IMG/VR virus record: IMGVR_UViG_3300042988_000771
Coordinates: 14,016-78,015 of that record
Strand: one strand, 5' to 3'
From: a virus
DNA length: 64,000 nucleotides
Within the stretch, counting starts at the first letter, position 1, and each line of letters begins with the position of its first letter. Positions 1 to 9,945 of this stretch are shown piece after piece. Under the pieces are notes generated by a model. The model had not been told where the DNA came from. It ran no database searches and saw only the letters and a list, made by a program, of their open reading frames with translations. The position numbers and the translations under genes were made by a program.

Positions 1-1208
1 TTGAGGCGGCCCTTCTCCACGGCGTTGACGTACTCGGACAGCATGGCGTCCCGCTTCTCGCCCGTCATCAGGAACGAGCGAGCGCGGACATCAACGTAGT
101 CATTGACCACGTTGCCAAGTCCAGTGCCATCGTGAATAGCATCCGCGCTATATCGCTGTATCGCATCGTTGAACCACCCGATCATCTGTGGGTAGGGCCT
201 GCGGTTCACCCGCATGTAGTAGACCAGTTCGAAGGGCTCGCGGTCGGCTCGCCACACGCTGATGACCGTGTAGTCCTGCTCCTTGCCCCAGTCGGCGCCT
301 GCGACGTAGTGGCCGTCCCGCTCGTACTCCGCGAAGGTGTACTCCTCGAAGTCCTTGCTGACCTTCTCCTTCAGGGGCTCGGGAGCCTTGTCGAACATCC
401 TGTCCACGGCCTCGGTGTTGAAGGCGCGGTTGCCGATGGCAGGCTCACCGAGCTCGTACTCGGTGCGCCACATCTCGGCCGGGATCTCCAGCTTCTTGGC
501 GTCGATGGTCTCCTGGGTGAGCCAGCCGTCGATGGGGTTGGCCGAGCACTGGTAGCACCACTGCACGATGGGCAGCCCGCGGTCCTCGAAGCGCTTCCTG
601 ACCTCAGTGAAGGTTCCCTCAGGGTTCTGCCAAGTAGAGCACATTACGGTGTAGGGCTGGATGACCTCGCCGAGGTAGTTCTTCTGTGGCATCGGCTGGC
701 CGAGGGCCGCATCGAGGATGTCGATGTCCATCTCGTCGATCTCGTCGAGGATGAGGAACGGCGGGTGGGGGCCACGGACGGTCTTCTGGCTTGCCGTCAG
801 CGGGCGGATCTTGGCCTTGTTCGTCAGCTTGATGAGCGTCTGGCTCTCGGTCTCGATCATGTACCGAGGGCTGTTCTCGTAGTTGAGGGCGTTCCTCATG
901 TGCTCATGGAGGTTGGAGGACTGCGCGAGGGAGCCGCCCAGCAGGTTGGTGTCCGCGCCCAGCAGGAAGGTCTTGGTCAGCCCCAGGATGCCCAGCATGA
1001 AGGACTTGCCCGACAGGCCGCGGCTCCCATGCCACAGGCAGGTGCTCGGCCCCCTGTTGAAGTACGCGTCCGCGAAGGCCGTGAAGGGCGGGGTGTGGTC
1101 GGGGTTCCCGCAGGTGTGGCGCGGGATGACCACGCCCCACATCGTGTTGACGACGTGCCAGAGCTCGTCATCGGTCTCCGGCAGCCGCCCGAGGTAGAAC
1201 TGCGGCAC
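1..1208 (-). CDS. terL: Terminase large subunit (runs off the left edge)
   Basis: Manual translation from GTG 1208: MPQFYLGRLPETDDELWHVV..., Walker A-like HGSRGLSGKS, Walker B VRGPHPPFLILDEIDE, nuclease motif YVAGADWGKEQDYTV. Not in the ORF track because no stop lies in the window. Confidence 0.93.
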   Translation of the reverse strand, partial: MPQFYLGRLPETDDELWHVVNTMWGVVIPRHTCGNPDHTPPFTAFADAYFNRGPSTCLWHGSRGLSGKSFMLGILGLTKTFLLGADTNLLGGSLAQSSNLHEHMRNALNYENSPRYMIETESQTLIKLTNKAKIRPLTASQKTVRGPHPPFLILDEIDEMDIDILDAALGQPMPQKNYLGEVIQPYTVMCSTWQNPEGTFTEVRKRFEDRGLPIVQWCYQCSANPIDGWLTQETIDAKKLEIPAEMWRTEYELGEPAIGNRAFNTEAVDRMFDKAPEPLKEKVSKDFEEYTFAEYERDGHYVAGADWGKEQDYTVISVWRADREPFELVYYMRVNRRPYPQMIGWFNDAIQRYSADAIHDGTGLGNVVNDYVDVRARSFLMTGEKRDAMLSEYVNAVEKGRL

Positions 1209-1209
1209 C

Positions 1210-1890
1210 TCAGGCTCCGGGGTACTCGGCGACCGTGCCGTCCCCGGAAGCCTGGTAGTGGAAGTCGAAGGAGAGACCGAAGGCACCCACGGTGAAGGTG
1301 TCGGCCGCGTTCGCGCCCTCGCGGAACAGGCGGCAGGAGAACACGCTGCTCACCCGCTTGCCCGTCCCATCCAGCGGGGCGAACTGCGCGATCTGGTGGG
1401 AGTAGGCCACTCCCGCCGCAGCGGCATTCACGTAGAGCGTGGTGCTCGCCGGGAAGGCCTCCGTGGCGTTGGCCCACGTGTACTCCAGCCCCCAGCGGAC
1501 CACACCCGTGTTCGTGGAGTTGCCCGGCGACCAGTGCAGGTGCGGGCGGATCTCCGTGCCCTCGTCCCACGTGTGCGGGATCTGGGCGTCGAACATCACC
1601 GAGTTGGTGGCGTCCTGGATGAACCGGAAGCCCATCGTGGTGTTGCGGAAGTTGACCAGGGTCGGCGGGTCGGTGGACACCGCTGCCCGCACGATGGACA
1701 CCCGCAGGTCGTCCCACAGCGGGTTGTCCCCACTGGCCGACCCCACGGGGGCACCATCAGCCGTGATCAGGCCCTGCTTGATCCGCAGCAGAGCCGATGA
1801 CCCCAGCGACGCCGAAGGCACGACATCGCCGGGGCCATAGGTCACGCCGCCCACTGTGAGGGGGCGGACGGCGTAGTACGTAAGTGCCAC
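1210..1890 (-). CDS. Hypothetical protein, probably virion-associated
   Basis: 226 aa, good codon usage, beta-rich C-terminal part, abuts both endolysin and terL. Confidence 0.7.
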   Translation of the reverse strand: MALTYYAVRPLTVGGVTYGPGDVVPSASLGSSALLRIKQGLITADGAPVGSASGDNPLWDDLRVSIVRAAVSTDPPTLVNFRNTTMGFRFIQDATNSVMFDAQIPHTWDEGTEIRPHLHWSPGNSTNTGVVRWGLEYTWANATEAFPASTTLYVNAAAAGVAYSHQIAQFAPLDGTGKRVSSVFSCRLFREGANAADTFTVGAFGLSFDFHYQASGDGTVAEYPGA

Positions 1891-2297
1891 TAGTGCTTCA
1901 ACTCACCGAACGGGGTCCAGAACGAGTAGCCCAGGTAGCGCAGGCCCCAGCCAGGGAACGTGCGCGGGGCGTAGTCGATCTTGCCCTGCCGGACGTAGTC
2001 GTTGCTCAGGCACTTGTCGTGGGTCTTGATCCCCGCAGCAATGGCCACGTGTCCGTACTTTCCGCCCGCATAGTAGAGAAGCGCTCCGCGGGGAGCGGCC
2101 GTCACGGGCCGCCCGACGACCTTCTCGCGCCGGGGGATCTTGCCCCAGGCCGTGATGGCACTCGGGGCCCACGCCCTTACACCGTAAGCCTGCCTACAGT
2201 GGCTCTGGCAAAGTCCCTCCCACGACTGGGAGGGGTGCAGGATCTGGCCGCGGCTGAACAGGATGGCTTCGCGGACCGTGCGATCGAGGCTACTCAT
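1890..2297 (-). CDS. Endolysin, single CHAP/NlpC-P60-type peptidase domain
   Basis: Catalytic Cys (WEGLCQSHCR), SAITAW, GALLYY..GKYGHVAI His motif, YLGY; lies downstream of the holin. Confidence 0.8.
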   Translation of the reverse strand: MSSLDRTVREAILFSRGQILHPSQSWEGLCQSHCRQAYGVRAWAPSAITAWGKIPRREKVVGRPVTAAPRGALLYYAGGKYGHVAIAAGIKTHDKCLSNDYVRQGKIDYAPRTFPGWGLRYLGYSFWTPFGELKH

Positions 2298-2409
2298 CGC
2301 CCTCCTCCTCATTGGGCTGGTCGATGAACTTGCCGCTGGGAGCGGAAGTCTTCAGGTCGCCGTCCTCGTCATCGAACGGCAGGGCAGGCTGGTCATTCTC
2401 ATCAGGCAT
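2290..2409 (-). CDS. 39-aa acidic peptide between holin and endolysin
   Basis: MPDENDQPALPFDDEDGDLKTSAPSGKFIDQPNEEEGDE; overlaps the holin stop (ATGCCTGA) and the endolysin start (ATGAGTAG). Confidence 0.6.
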   Translation of the reverse strand: MPDENDQPALPFDDEDGDLKTSAPSGKFIDQPNEEEGDE

Positions 2410-2707
2410 TGGGCACATCCTTCTTGGGCGAGGTGGCTACCTCGATCTTCGGAGAGACCCCGTTCGGCTGCCAGAACCCCTTGTACGTGGCGATGGTCGT
2501 GACCATGACGACGAGGATGGCCGTGGTGATGTCCACCCCGTTCAGCCTCCCCTCGAACCATGCCGTCCCGAAGCCTGCAATGGCTGAGGCAGCGAACATG
2601 ACCAGCGAGCGCACCGGCTCGCTCCACGAAGGCTGCTGGACGACCGAGATGAGGATCGGCATGAAGAAGCCGACCACGAGTCCCCACATGACGAGATTGG
2701 TATCCAC
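2402..2707 (-). CDS. Holin (3 TM)
   Basis: 101 aa, three hydrophobic segments, charged C-terminus, next to endolysin, RBS GGGAGG. Confidence 0.8.
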   Translation of the reverse strand: MDTNLVMWGLVVGFFMPILISVVQQPSWSEPVRSLVMFAASAIAGFGTAWFEGRLNGVDITTAILVVMVTTIATYKGFWQPNGVSPKIEVATSPKKDVPNA

Positions 2708-2730
2708 TTGGGCACCTCCCTTTCCCCTTT

Positions 2731-2749
2731 AGTCTTTCACTCGTGTCAC
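2731..2749 (-). promoter_or_regulatory. Putative late promoter GTGACAC-GAG-TG-A-AAGACT upstream of holin
   Basis: One of six copies of GAC-N8-nAnnnT upstream of late genes. Confidence 0.55.
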
Positions 2750-3000
2750 CTAGGCCGGTTGATGACGATCTGCTCGGGGATGTGCCCGCCTACCGCCCTG
2801 GCCCATGCCAGACCCTCCTCGGTGATGTTCCGGGAGTGGCAGGGGCGCAGCCCCGCCTCGTTGGCGAGGCTCCACATGAAACGCCCGACGCCCTTGCGCC
2901 TCCACTCAGGTTCCACCCACACCTTGTCGATCACGCCGTCCTCCCTGACGACGAGCCTGCCGATCTGCCTGCCCGAGACGCAGACGGTGATCTCGTCCAT
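2746..3000 (-). CDS. Minimal GNAT-family acetyltransferase
   Basis: Acetyl-CoA-binding motif VWVEPEWRRKGVGR, followed by HS..ITEEG..W. Confidence 0.7.
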   Translation of the reverse strand: MDEITVCVSGRQIGRLVVREDGVIDKVWVEPEWRRKGVGRFMWSLANEAGLRPCHSRNITEEGLAWARAVGGHIPEQIVINRPR

Positions 3001-3356
3001 CAGTCGTAGGTGTTGCTGCCGAAGGAGTGGATGCGCGTGCTCGCCGTGCTGGAACTCGCCCTCTCCTCCCTCATGGTCCGGATGCGCGAGTGCCTCTCGT
3101 CAACCCCATAGCCATCATCCCTCTGCTTCATGCGCATGGGAATGACGTCCCCTAGATCCGCGACAACGTGCGGCAGGGAGAAGACCGCATATTCTCCCCA
3201 GTCCTCGTACTCGAACAGCGTGGTCTTGTAGCCCACCGCGAGGACGCTCTCCGCATACACCGTGACGGTGTTCCCGGTCTGCTCGTTGAACCGCGTGAGC
3301 GACACCTGCGAGGCGGCCGTCTCGCCCGTGACGGTGTTGAGCCAGTAGACCTTCAC
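3000..3356 (-). CDS. Hypothetical protein
   Basis: GTG start overlaps the upstream stop (GTGA); VKVYWLNTVTG... Confidence 0.6.
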   Translation of the reverse strand: MKVYWLNTVTGETAASQVSLTRFNEQTGNTVTVYAESVLAVGYKTTLFEYEDWGEYAVFSLPHVVADLGDVIPMRMKQRDDGYGVDERHSRIRTMREERASSSTASTRIHSFGSNTYD

Positions 3357-5176
3357 GTGGGCACGCCCTTGTCGAGCCACGGGGCGAAGGCGACATGTCC
3401 CAGCCACGAGCTGGCCCTGATCTGGGAGACAGAGTGCGGCTCCCAGTCTGGCGTGGGAATCGTCCGCCAGTCGTTCGTGTATGCCAGCACGTCACCCGCG
3501 GTAGTCAACTGGCGATAGTTGATGGAAGACCCGCCGTACTGGTAGAACAACATGTCCCTTGGGCTGATGGGCATTCGCTCCCAGAACTGCTCGCCTAGGC
3601 TCTCTATCGAACTGAGCGGTGGAGTGGCCCCTGTCCTATTGGGCCCCCACGGGGAGTTGAGGTCGCGCAGCTCGTAGTACCCGCCTCCTCGGTCAGTGGA
3701 GTCGATCTTGAACGTCATCGTCCCGGCTCCCCTACTCATCCACCCAGTGTTGCCGCACGGGTAGCTGTCGTAGCTGTAGTTCCTCCCCTGGATGGGATCG
3801 ACGCTGTACTCCCAGTAGGGAGGGCTGATGTCCTGATATCCCGCGACCGAGTGGTAGAAGGGACCGCCATACCCGAGGACGTCGTATGGGGTGGCGCCAC
3901 CGTCGTCCAGCTCCTCGTCCGTGGGCCACCGTGTGTCGATCTCCACATGGAAGTCGTGATAGCCGGGTGGCGGGATCGGGATGTCGAACGACACGGATGC
4001 CGTGCACCATTCGGTGTAGTGGATGCTGCCCATGCTCGTGCCGAGGTAGATGTGCCCGGTCCCGTACCCGATGTTCGTGGCCACCACCTCGCCGTTCACC
4101 CACATCGTCCCGTTGTGAGGGCCGTTCGCTGTCATGCGCTTGATGAAGGTCGGGTTGTTCTCGTAGCCGCCGAAGATGCCCGCGAGGAAGTAGCTGCTCC
4201 CCAATCCCCACGGGACCGAGAAGGTCATCGTGCACGACTCTGGGGTGTATACCGTGTCAAGCGTGTACCACGACCCGCCCCCGTAGGACCACCTCTCGCC
4301 GTTCGCATAGTCGGGCACGTAGAAGGTGTAGTCGTACTCCCCCTTGCTCCGCACCTCATTGGGGAACGTGGTCACGTCTTCATCGACAGGGCGCATTCCT
4401 GTCATCAAGCCTGGTTCGTAGGGGTACTCAGGCCAGGTGAACTCGTACGACTCCCATCGGTAGTTCCGCAGGAAGTGCACGGGGTAGATGACCGTCCCAC
4501 TGCTGCCCTCCAGGGACGAGTACATGCCGAAGTCGTTCCACCAGAACGGAGGAGTCGTGTTCTTCCACAGAAGCCTGTCGCCGGTGACGAACGACAGGAT
4601 CTCGCCCGAGTAGGGGTCCTCTTCGTAGGCATGGTCGATCTGCCTTTCCAGGACGTGAGCGCCAGTCAGGTCCCAGCCGTCGATGACGTAATCGTCGTAG
4701 ATGAAGATCCTCTGCGAGTCCTGACTCACAAACAGCGCTCCTGACTTCAGGCTGCTGTTCTGGAGAAGGATCTTGGTCACCTTGAGCTTCGACTTGCTCC
4801 GCTCGATGATGAGGGCGAATGTCTCCGTCTCGGGGTCCGCCCAGTTGTCCGGGTACGTGGCTACGCACAGCCCTGCATCGTTGAACGCGGTGTTGAACCT
4901 CTGGTCGGCCTCGAACCCGACCACGTAGGTGTCGATCACGATGGCGGGGATGTTCGTTATAGGGCTCGTCCGCCACAGCTGGAGCACCCGGTGATCTGCA
5001 TCGGTCCATGTCGTAGTGACGAAGTAGTCAGTGTCCAGGACTCCGACGATCCACGTCCCTGCGACTTCGCCACTGGGCACGTAGGTTTCGTAGTTGAATC
5101 CCCCGTTGTACGTTCCCGTCAGCGGCTGCGGCACCTCGGGAGAGGGAACCTTGGCAGGATCGAAGGGGTAGGCCAC
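3353..5176 (-). CDS. Minor tail protein, possibly receptor-binding
   Basis: 607 aa rich in Tyr/Trp/Gly/Thr; last gene of the minor tail cluster. Confidence 0.6.
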   Translation of the reverse strand: MAYPFDPAKVPSPEVPQPLTGTYNGGFNYETYVPSGEVAGTWIVGVLDTDYFVTTTWTDADHRVLQLWRTSPITNIPAIVIDTYVVGFEADQRFNTAFNDAGLCVATYPDNWADPETETFALIIERSKSKLKVTKILLQNSSLKSGALFVSQDSQRIFIYDDYVIDGWDLTGAHVLERQIDHAYEEDPYSGEILSFVTGDRLLWKNTTPPFWWNDFGMYSSLEGSSGTVIYPVHFLRNYRWESYEFTWPEYPYEPGLMTGMRPVDEDVTTFPNEVRSKGEYDYTFYVPDYANGERWSYGGGSWYTLDTVYTPESCTMTFSVPWGLGSSYFLAGIFGGYENNPTFIKRMTANGPHNGTMWVNGEVVATNIGYGTGHIYLGTSMGSIHYTEWCTASVSFDIPIPPPGYHDFHVEIDTRWPTDEELDDGGATPYDVLGYGGPFYHSVAGYQDISPPYWEYSVDPIQGRNYSYDSYPCGNTGWMSRGAGTMTFKIDSTDRGGGYYELRDLNSPWGPNRTGATPPLSSIESLGEQFWERMPISPRDMLFYQYGGSSINYRQLTTAGDVLAYTNDWRTIPTPDWEPHSVSQIRASSWLGHVAFAPWLDKGVPT

Positions 5177-5178
5177 GG

Positions 5179-7776
5179 CTACCTCGTGCTCAGGTCGCGG
5201 TACGCACGGCCCTTGACGTAGATCCAGCCAGCGTCACCGCTGACCACCTCGCCATCCTCGAACTGCGCATAGAGGGCAACACCGATGGAGATGCCGTTCA
5301 GGCCCGTCAGGACCTCCGTCCTGTTCTTGCCCTCCTCGCTGGGGTTGAAGTCCTTGTTCTGCCCAGAGAAGTCGAACGACCAGCCAGCGCCGTCCACCAT
5401 CATGCCCGTGGGGGTGGCGATGCCGTCCTTCATCCTCGGAGAGTAGCCAGCAGGGCGCTCGTAGGTGCCCCAGCCGATGATGAAGCCCTCCTGCGTGCGC
5501 GGGGCATACAGGTCGGGGTTGGGCCAGGGATTGCCGTTGGGCTGCCTGCTCTCGAAGGCGTTGGGGAACAGGGCAGCGTGCTGCGAGGTGTCGGGGTTGA
5601 GCGGCATGGACGATCGGTCGATGTTCCACACGTAGTAGAAGCTGACGTGGAACTCCACGGGCGCGAGCGTGCCGTCCTCGTAGTAGGCGGCGAACTCGGT
5701 GCGGTTGATCGACCCTGCCTGGGCCAGCAGCATGGGCATGAAGGCCCAGCGACGGTTCTGGTCGGCATCTCCCGCGTGCACGGCCACGTAGGGGTTCTTC
5801 CCCTGGTGGACGTCCTTGGTCACCGTGTTGAGCATCTTCTCCCCCATGAGGATGTGCCTGGGGGTGTTCGGCCAGTCGGTGATGGTGGTGCGATGGTCGG
5901 TCTTGTAGAACTTGGATGGCGGGTCGGACAAGGTGCTGACCTCCCCGTCCAAGTGGGGGAAGGACGTGCTCCAGTCCGTGAAGCGCTGGGAGCGCGGGAA
6001 GTAGCCCGAGCCAGCGGTGTTGTTCCACGGGTAGACGAGGTCGTCGATCATCACCGATCGCTTGTTGACCTGGAGCGCCTTGATGGGTGTGAGGGTGTCA
6101 CGACCGGAGGCGATGGCCTCCTCCACGGTCAGCAGGTCGCGGAACTTGGTGTCCACCGTCAGGGAGACCGACCCGCCCTGGGGGTTCATGTTCACCTGCG
6201 AGATGTGGAACTTGTTGATCCCCTGCTCCTCGGTGTTGAAGCCGTTGAAGCCCTTGACCAGGATGCACATGCCCGCGCGGATGTCCCACTTGCACACGGG
6301 GTCGCCATTGGAGTCGCGCAGGTCCACCTGGATGGTGATCTCCCCTGACCAGCCGGGGTCCTTGTCCCGCTCCAGCCAGTTCTCCGAGATCTCCTGCGCA
6401 TCGGCGAGGTTGATCCCATCGGGGAACTGCGCCATGCGCTCGGCCACCACGATGCCCTCGGTGCGCTCCGTCCAGCCCTCGTAGCCGTCATAGAGCCGCT
6501 GCACCTGGTCGTCGCTCCAGTAGAGCTCGGCCGGGTTCTTGGGGCTGGGCGTGGGGTCACGCAGCTCAGGGATGTCAGGATCGGTCGGGAGGGGCTCGTA
6601 GCCGTAGTGGTAGACGTTGATGCCCCGGACGTCCTTGATGCTCGCCAGCGGCTCCCATGCGCTCCACGGGGCATCGTCAGGCTGGAAGACCGTCGTCCAC
6701 GAGGTGTCGTCCATGCCGCGGCCGTTGCCGAACACCACGTTGGAGGCCTGATTGCCATCCCTGTTGACGCGCACCTCCACGCCCGGCTGCCCGTACCAGC
6801 ACACCAGGTCGGGCACGCGCGTCTGCTTGCGCACGTACAGGCGCGGGATGCGGCCGGGGTCCTTGGTGATCGTCCACTGGTCGCCCTTCATCAGGGCTGT
6901 GGAGGAGTCGGACTTGGTGTAGAGGATGCTCAGCTGGCCCTGGATGTAGCCCGTCAGGGCCTTCTCCCATGACCCCGAGTTGCGCGTGACGAAGCCCGTG
7001 AAGGGCGGGTCGGGCTTGACCACGTAGGTCGACAGGTCCGGGTCCCACTCGGTCCCACCGGGGTAGATGCCCGTGGGCACGTAGCGCGGGCCGAGGTCGC
7101 GGTACTTCTTGCGCTTGGCGACGGTGTAGCGGCGCGTCCAGTCCTCGCCGTCCCTGATCACGCAGTCCTTGGAGTCGGGGACCGTATCGGTGTAGGGGCC
7201 GTCCCCGAACTCGATCACCAGCGGCTGCGTCCACAGCCCGCGCCTGCGCGGGTCGAAGTAGCGGGCGATCATCGACTCCACGGTCTTGGGGCGCCACGGG
7301 AACAGGGGCTTGGCGAAGTAGCGATCCAGTTGGTACAGGCAGCCCTGGCAGGTGACCGATGTCCCTTCGGGAGAGGGATCGAGGCTGACGAAGAAGCCCT
7401 CCCACATGGGCAGGATGGGATCGCCCAACTGGTCCTTCTCGTGCAGATAGAGCGTGCGCTGGTTGGTGATGGGGTCGATGACCAACTGCTCGCCTGTGTT
7501 CCACTGCGTGGAGGTGCAGGGCAGCCAGTAGATGTCGACGTTGGTGAACTCCTTGAGCCACGGCAGGCTGGTCACCCCGTCGAAGCCTGTCACCTGGGCG
7601 AACTTGAGCACGGCCGTGGCATCCCCGAAGGGGTCGGCGAAGGTCATGTTCTCCACGACTGTGGGCACGCCGCGAAGGTAGGTGACGTCGTACTCGTCCC
7701 CCTTGGTGTTCCACACCTTGATCCAGAACAGCCCGTACCCGTTCGGGTTGACGCTGGTGTCGTAGGTCCAGCTCAT
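5179..7776 (-). CDS. Minor tail protein (hub/Tal-like)
   Basis: 865 aa; WEGFF, CQG.LYQLD, NVVFGNG, SGEITI...IRAG, ISQV patterns of tail hub proteins; follows Dit. Confidence 0.75.
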   Translation of the reverse strand: MSWTYDTSVNPNGYGLFWIKVWNTKGDEYDVTYLRGVPTVVENMTFADPFGDATAVLKFAQVTGFDGVTSLPWLKEFTNVDIYWLPCTSTQWNTGEQLVIDPITNQRTLYLHEKDQLGDPILPMWEGFFVSLDPSPEGTSVTCQGCLYQLDRYFAKPLFPWRPKTVESMIARYFDPRRRGLWTQPLVIEFGDGPYTDTVPDSKDCVIRDGEDWTRRYTVAKRKKYRDLGPRYVPTGIYPGGTEWDPDLSTYVVKPDPPFTGFVTRNSGSWEKALTGYIQGQLSILYTKSDSSTALMKGDQWTITKDPGRIPRLYVRKQTRVPDLVCWYGQPGVEVRVNRDGNQASNVVFGNGRGMDDTSWTTVFQPDDAPWSAWEPLASIKDVRGINVYHYGYEPLPTDPDIPELRDPTPSPKNPAELYWSDDQVQRLYDGYEGWTERTEGIVVAERMAQFPDGINLADAQEISENWLERDKDPGWSGEITIQVDLRDSNGDPVCKWDIRAGMCILVKGFNGFNTEEQGINKFHISQVNMNPQGGSVSLTVDTKFRDLLTVEEAIASGRDTLTPIKALQVNKRSVMIDDLVYPWNNTAGSGYFPRSQRFTDWSTSFPHLDGEVSTLSDPPSKFYKTDHRTTITDWPNTPRHILMGEKMLNTVTKDVHQGKNPYVAVHAGDADQNRRWAFMPMLLAQAGSINRTEFAAYYEDGTLAPVEFHVSFYYVWNIDRSSMPLNPDTSQHAALFPNAFESRQPNGNPWPNPDLYAPRTQEGFIIGWGTYERPAGYSPRMKDGIATPTGMMVDGAGWSFDFSGQNKDFNPSEEGKNRTEVLTGLNGISIGVALYAQFEDGEVVSGDAGWIYVKGRAYRDLSTR

Positions 7777-9077
7777 GAGGAGGGCTTCCCGTCCGTGATC
7801 GTGGGAGTGTCCATGTCCACCACGATGCCATGCAGCGCACGCAGGATGATGCCTCCCGCGACGGGTGGCGTGACGTCGATGGCAGCCTCAGGCGGGTCCT
7901 CGGGATCGGGCGTGGGCGGAACGTGGGGAGCAGGGGGCTCAGGCACCACGATGGTCTTGTGGACGATGGCACGACGCATCGTGGTGTCCATCGAGAAGGT
8001 GGCCGACCCCAGGGCGATCTCCGTGTAGAGGCTGGGCGGTTCGACTTCCGTGAGGTCCATGATCAGGATCTCCGAGAACACGGGGGCGAACAGCCACGGG
8101 GCGAACTGGAACACCCGCGAGGCATGCACGGTCAGCTCGGTGGCCATGTCCATGGAGCCGCTCAGTCCCTGGAAGGTCCAGATGTCCCCGGCAGGCTCGG
8201 TGCTGGCGTCGATGTTCCCGCTCAACCACTGGTACTCGTTCAGCTTCAGGTGTGCGGAGAGCTCCATGTCCATGGTCATGGACAGGTCGCCGTAGAAGGT
8301 CCGCTGGTCCCACATGACGGCGTCACCCACGAGGTCCGTCGCCATGTCCATGCGGCCGACAGCGTTCCAGGAGTAGTCCAGGTGGAGCGGGTCAACCTCA
8401 GCCGTGGCGTCGATGTCGCCATGGAGCTGGCCCACCATCGCGATGTCCTGGGAGAACTCCAGCCAGGTGTTGAGCGTGGTGGTCGTGGACCCGCTGGCTG
8501 TGGCATCGGCGTAGGAGCCGTAAGCCATAGCCTGGATGCTGGCGCTCATGGAGGTGGCCGAGACGTTGAATGCCCGGACGCCCACCTCGACGACGAGGCG
8601 ATCCCCATCGAGGGCATCCACGCTGCTCAGGGTTGCCCCTGTCGAGGCCCCACCGGGGAACCACGTCGTGTAGTACGAGGACGTCGACTGGGTCAGCTCA
8701 TTGGCCAGCGTGGTGGCGAGGTCACCTGCATAGAGCGTGCCCCGCACGGTCGTGCCATCCCCGGACACGACCTTGGCGATGATCTGCGGTCGGTAGTCGC
8801 CCGCCGTGCTGGACTCACGCGCGCGTAGGAGCGTCTTGAGCGTGCCCGAGATGGTCTGGTCACCGATCAAGGGGGCGGACACGAACTGGTAGGCGAGGTA
8901 GTCCAGTTGGGCTGTGGTGGAGGTCTCGGTGTTCACCACTGTCGTGGTGGTGGTCACCAAGGAGGGACGATGCTGGATGGCACGCCGAAGAGCGCTGGCG
9001 GTGACGTTCCACTCAGCGTCAAAGGCAGGCGATACCGGGGGAGTAGTCGCCTGGTCGACATACAGGCGAGTGGCCAT
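7773..9077 (-). CDS. Minor tail protein
   Basis: 434 aa, Thr/Ser-rich N-terminal domain, G.(I/M)D repeats, Pro-rich C-terminus. Confidence 0.65.
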   Translation of the reverse strand: MATRLYVDQATTPPVSPAFDAEWNVTASALRRAIQHRPSLVTTTTTVVNTETSTTAQLDYLAYQFVSAPLIGDQTISGTLKTLLRARESSTAGDYRPQIIAKVVSGDGTTVRGTLYAGDLATTLANELTQSTSSYYTTWFPGGASTGATLSSVDALDGDRLVVEVGVRAFNVSATSMSASIQAMAYGSYADATASGSTTTTLNTWLEFSQDIAMVGQLHGDIDATAEVDPLHLDYSWNAVGRMDMATDLVGDAVMWDQRTFYGDLSMTMDMELSAHLKLNEYQWLSGNIDASTEPAGDIWTFQGLSGSMDMATELTVHASRVFQFAPWLFAPVFSEILIMDLTEVEPPSLYTEIALGSATFSMDTTMRRAIVHKTIVVPEPPAPHVPPTPDPEDPPEAAIDVTPPVAGGIILRALHGIVVDMDTPTITDGKPSS

Positions 9078-9080
9078 GGA

Positions 9081-9503
9081 CTACGTCCCAGGCATCGTGA
9101 TGGTGAGTGCTCCTGGAGCGAAGGCAGCCTGGACACCAGTGAGGACAGGAGCGGGGTTGTCCAAGGCTCCCCAGCCCACGAAGTTGCCACCCGAGATGGC
9201 GTCGTAGATCACGAAGTGGGTGAGGTCTGAGCCCGAGGCCCAGTCGGCGGTGGCCACGGCGAAGGTGACGTTCTGGGCGTTGGCCTTGACCCGCGAGACT
9301 GCTGCGCTCCAGTAGGTGGCGCTGTTGGTCACGCCCACACGCGCATACCCGCTGCCTCCCGCAGGCTCGGTGACATTGGTGCCGGTGTCCGTGGGCTCGG
9401 TGCTGGACAGCCCGACGTAGAAGATCGCGGGGAAGGTGTTGGTCGCCTTGCCAAAGGCGATGTCCAACGTGAGGTTCGCGTACGTGTTCGACAACTTGCC
9501 CAT
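9081..9503 (-). CDS. Small tail/baseplate protein (paralogue 1 of 3)
   Basis: YVGL...P.DTG...E..GYARV...N...VTF..AT.DW...HF.IYDA..GGN pattern. Confidence 0.7.
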   Translation of the reverse strand: MGKLSNTYANLTLDIAFGKATNTFPAIFYVGLSSTEPTDTGTNVTEPAGGSGYARVGVTNSATYWSAAVSRVKANAQNVTFAVATADWASGSDLTHFVIYDAISGGNFVGWGALDNPAPVLTGVQAAFAPGALTITMPGT

Positions 9504-9519
9504 CAGTTCTCCTCAGTAG

Positions 9520-9945
9520 TCATCCTTCGCCGCCACCGCCACCGCCATCAGGCGGAAGGGCTGTCGTCCCGTCGTTCATCTGCAAGATCACCCGGTTCCA
9601 CCCCAGCACGAGGCTATCGCCCTCGCCCACGTTCACGTAGGTGCTGAATCCACCCGACCATGACACGTCCATCTCGGTCAGCCCGTTGACCACGAACCAT
9701 CCCGCGATGGCCCCTGCGGGCAGGTTGAGGAAGGTGATGTCCGCGTTGTTCGTCAACGCCGTCGTGTCATAGGGCTGGAGATCGGCATCGGGGACGAGGG
9801 CGACGCGGGTGCCAGCAATCTCACAGGCGGCCAGGTCCACCTTGGGCTCGCCTCCTGGGGTGTAGAGGCCGATGTACCACTCGTAGGCGAGGAAGGGCTC
9901 GATGCCCATGATGTGGTTGAGGATGGGGACGAGGTAGGAGCCCAT
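9520..9945 (-). CDS. Small tail/baseplate protein (paralogue 2 of 3)
   Basis: YIGLYT...E...R...N.ADITF pattern shared with its neighbours. Confidence 0.65.
   Translation of the reverse strand: MGSYLVPILNHIMGIEPFLAYEWYIGLYTPGGEPKVDLAACEIAGTRVALVPDADLQPYDTTALTNNADITFLNLPAGAIAGWFVVNGLTEMDVSWSGGFSTYVNVGEGDSLVLGWNRVILQMNDGTTALPPDGGGGGGEG

Noticed and set aside
132-1295. 387-aa plus-strand ORF
   Set aside because: Antisense shadow of the terminase gene, typical of high-GC3 DNA
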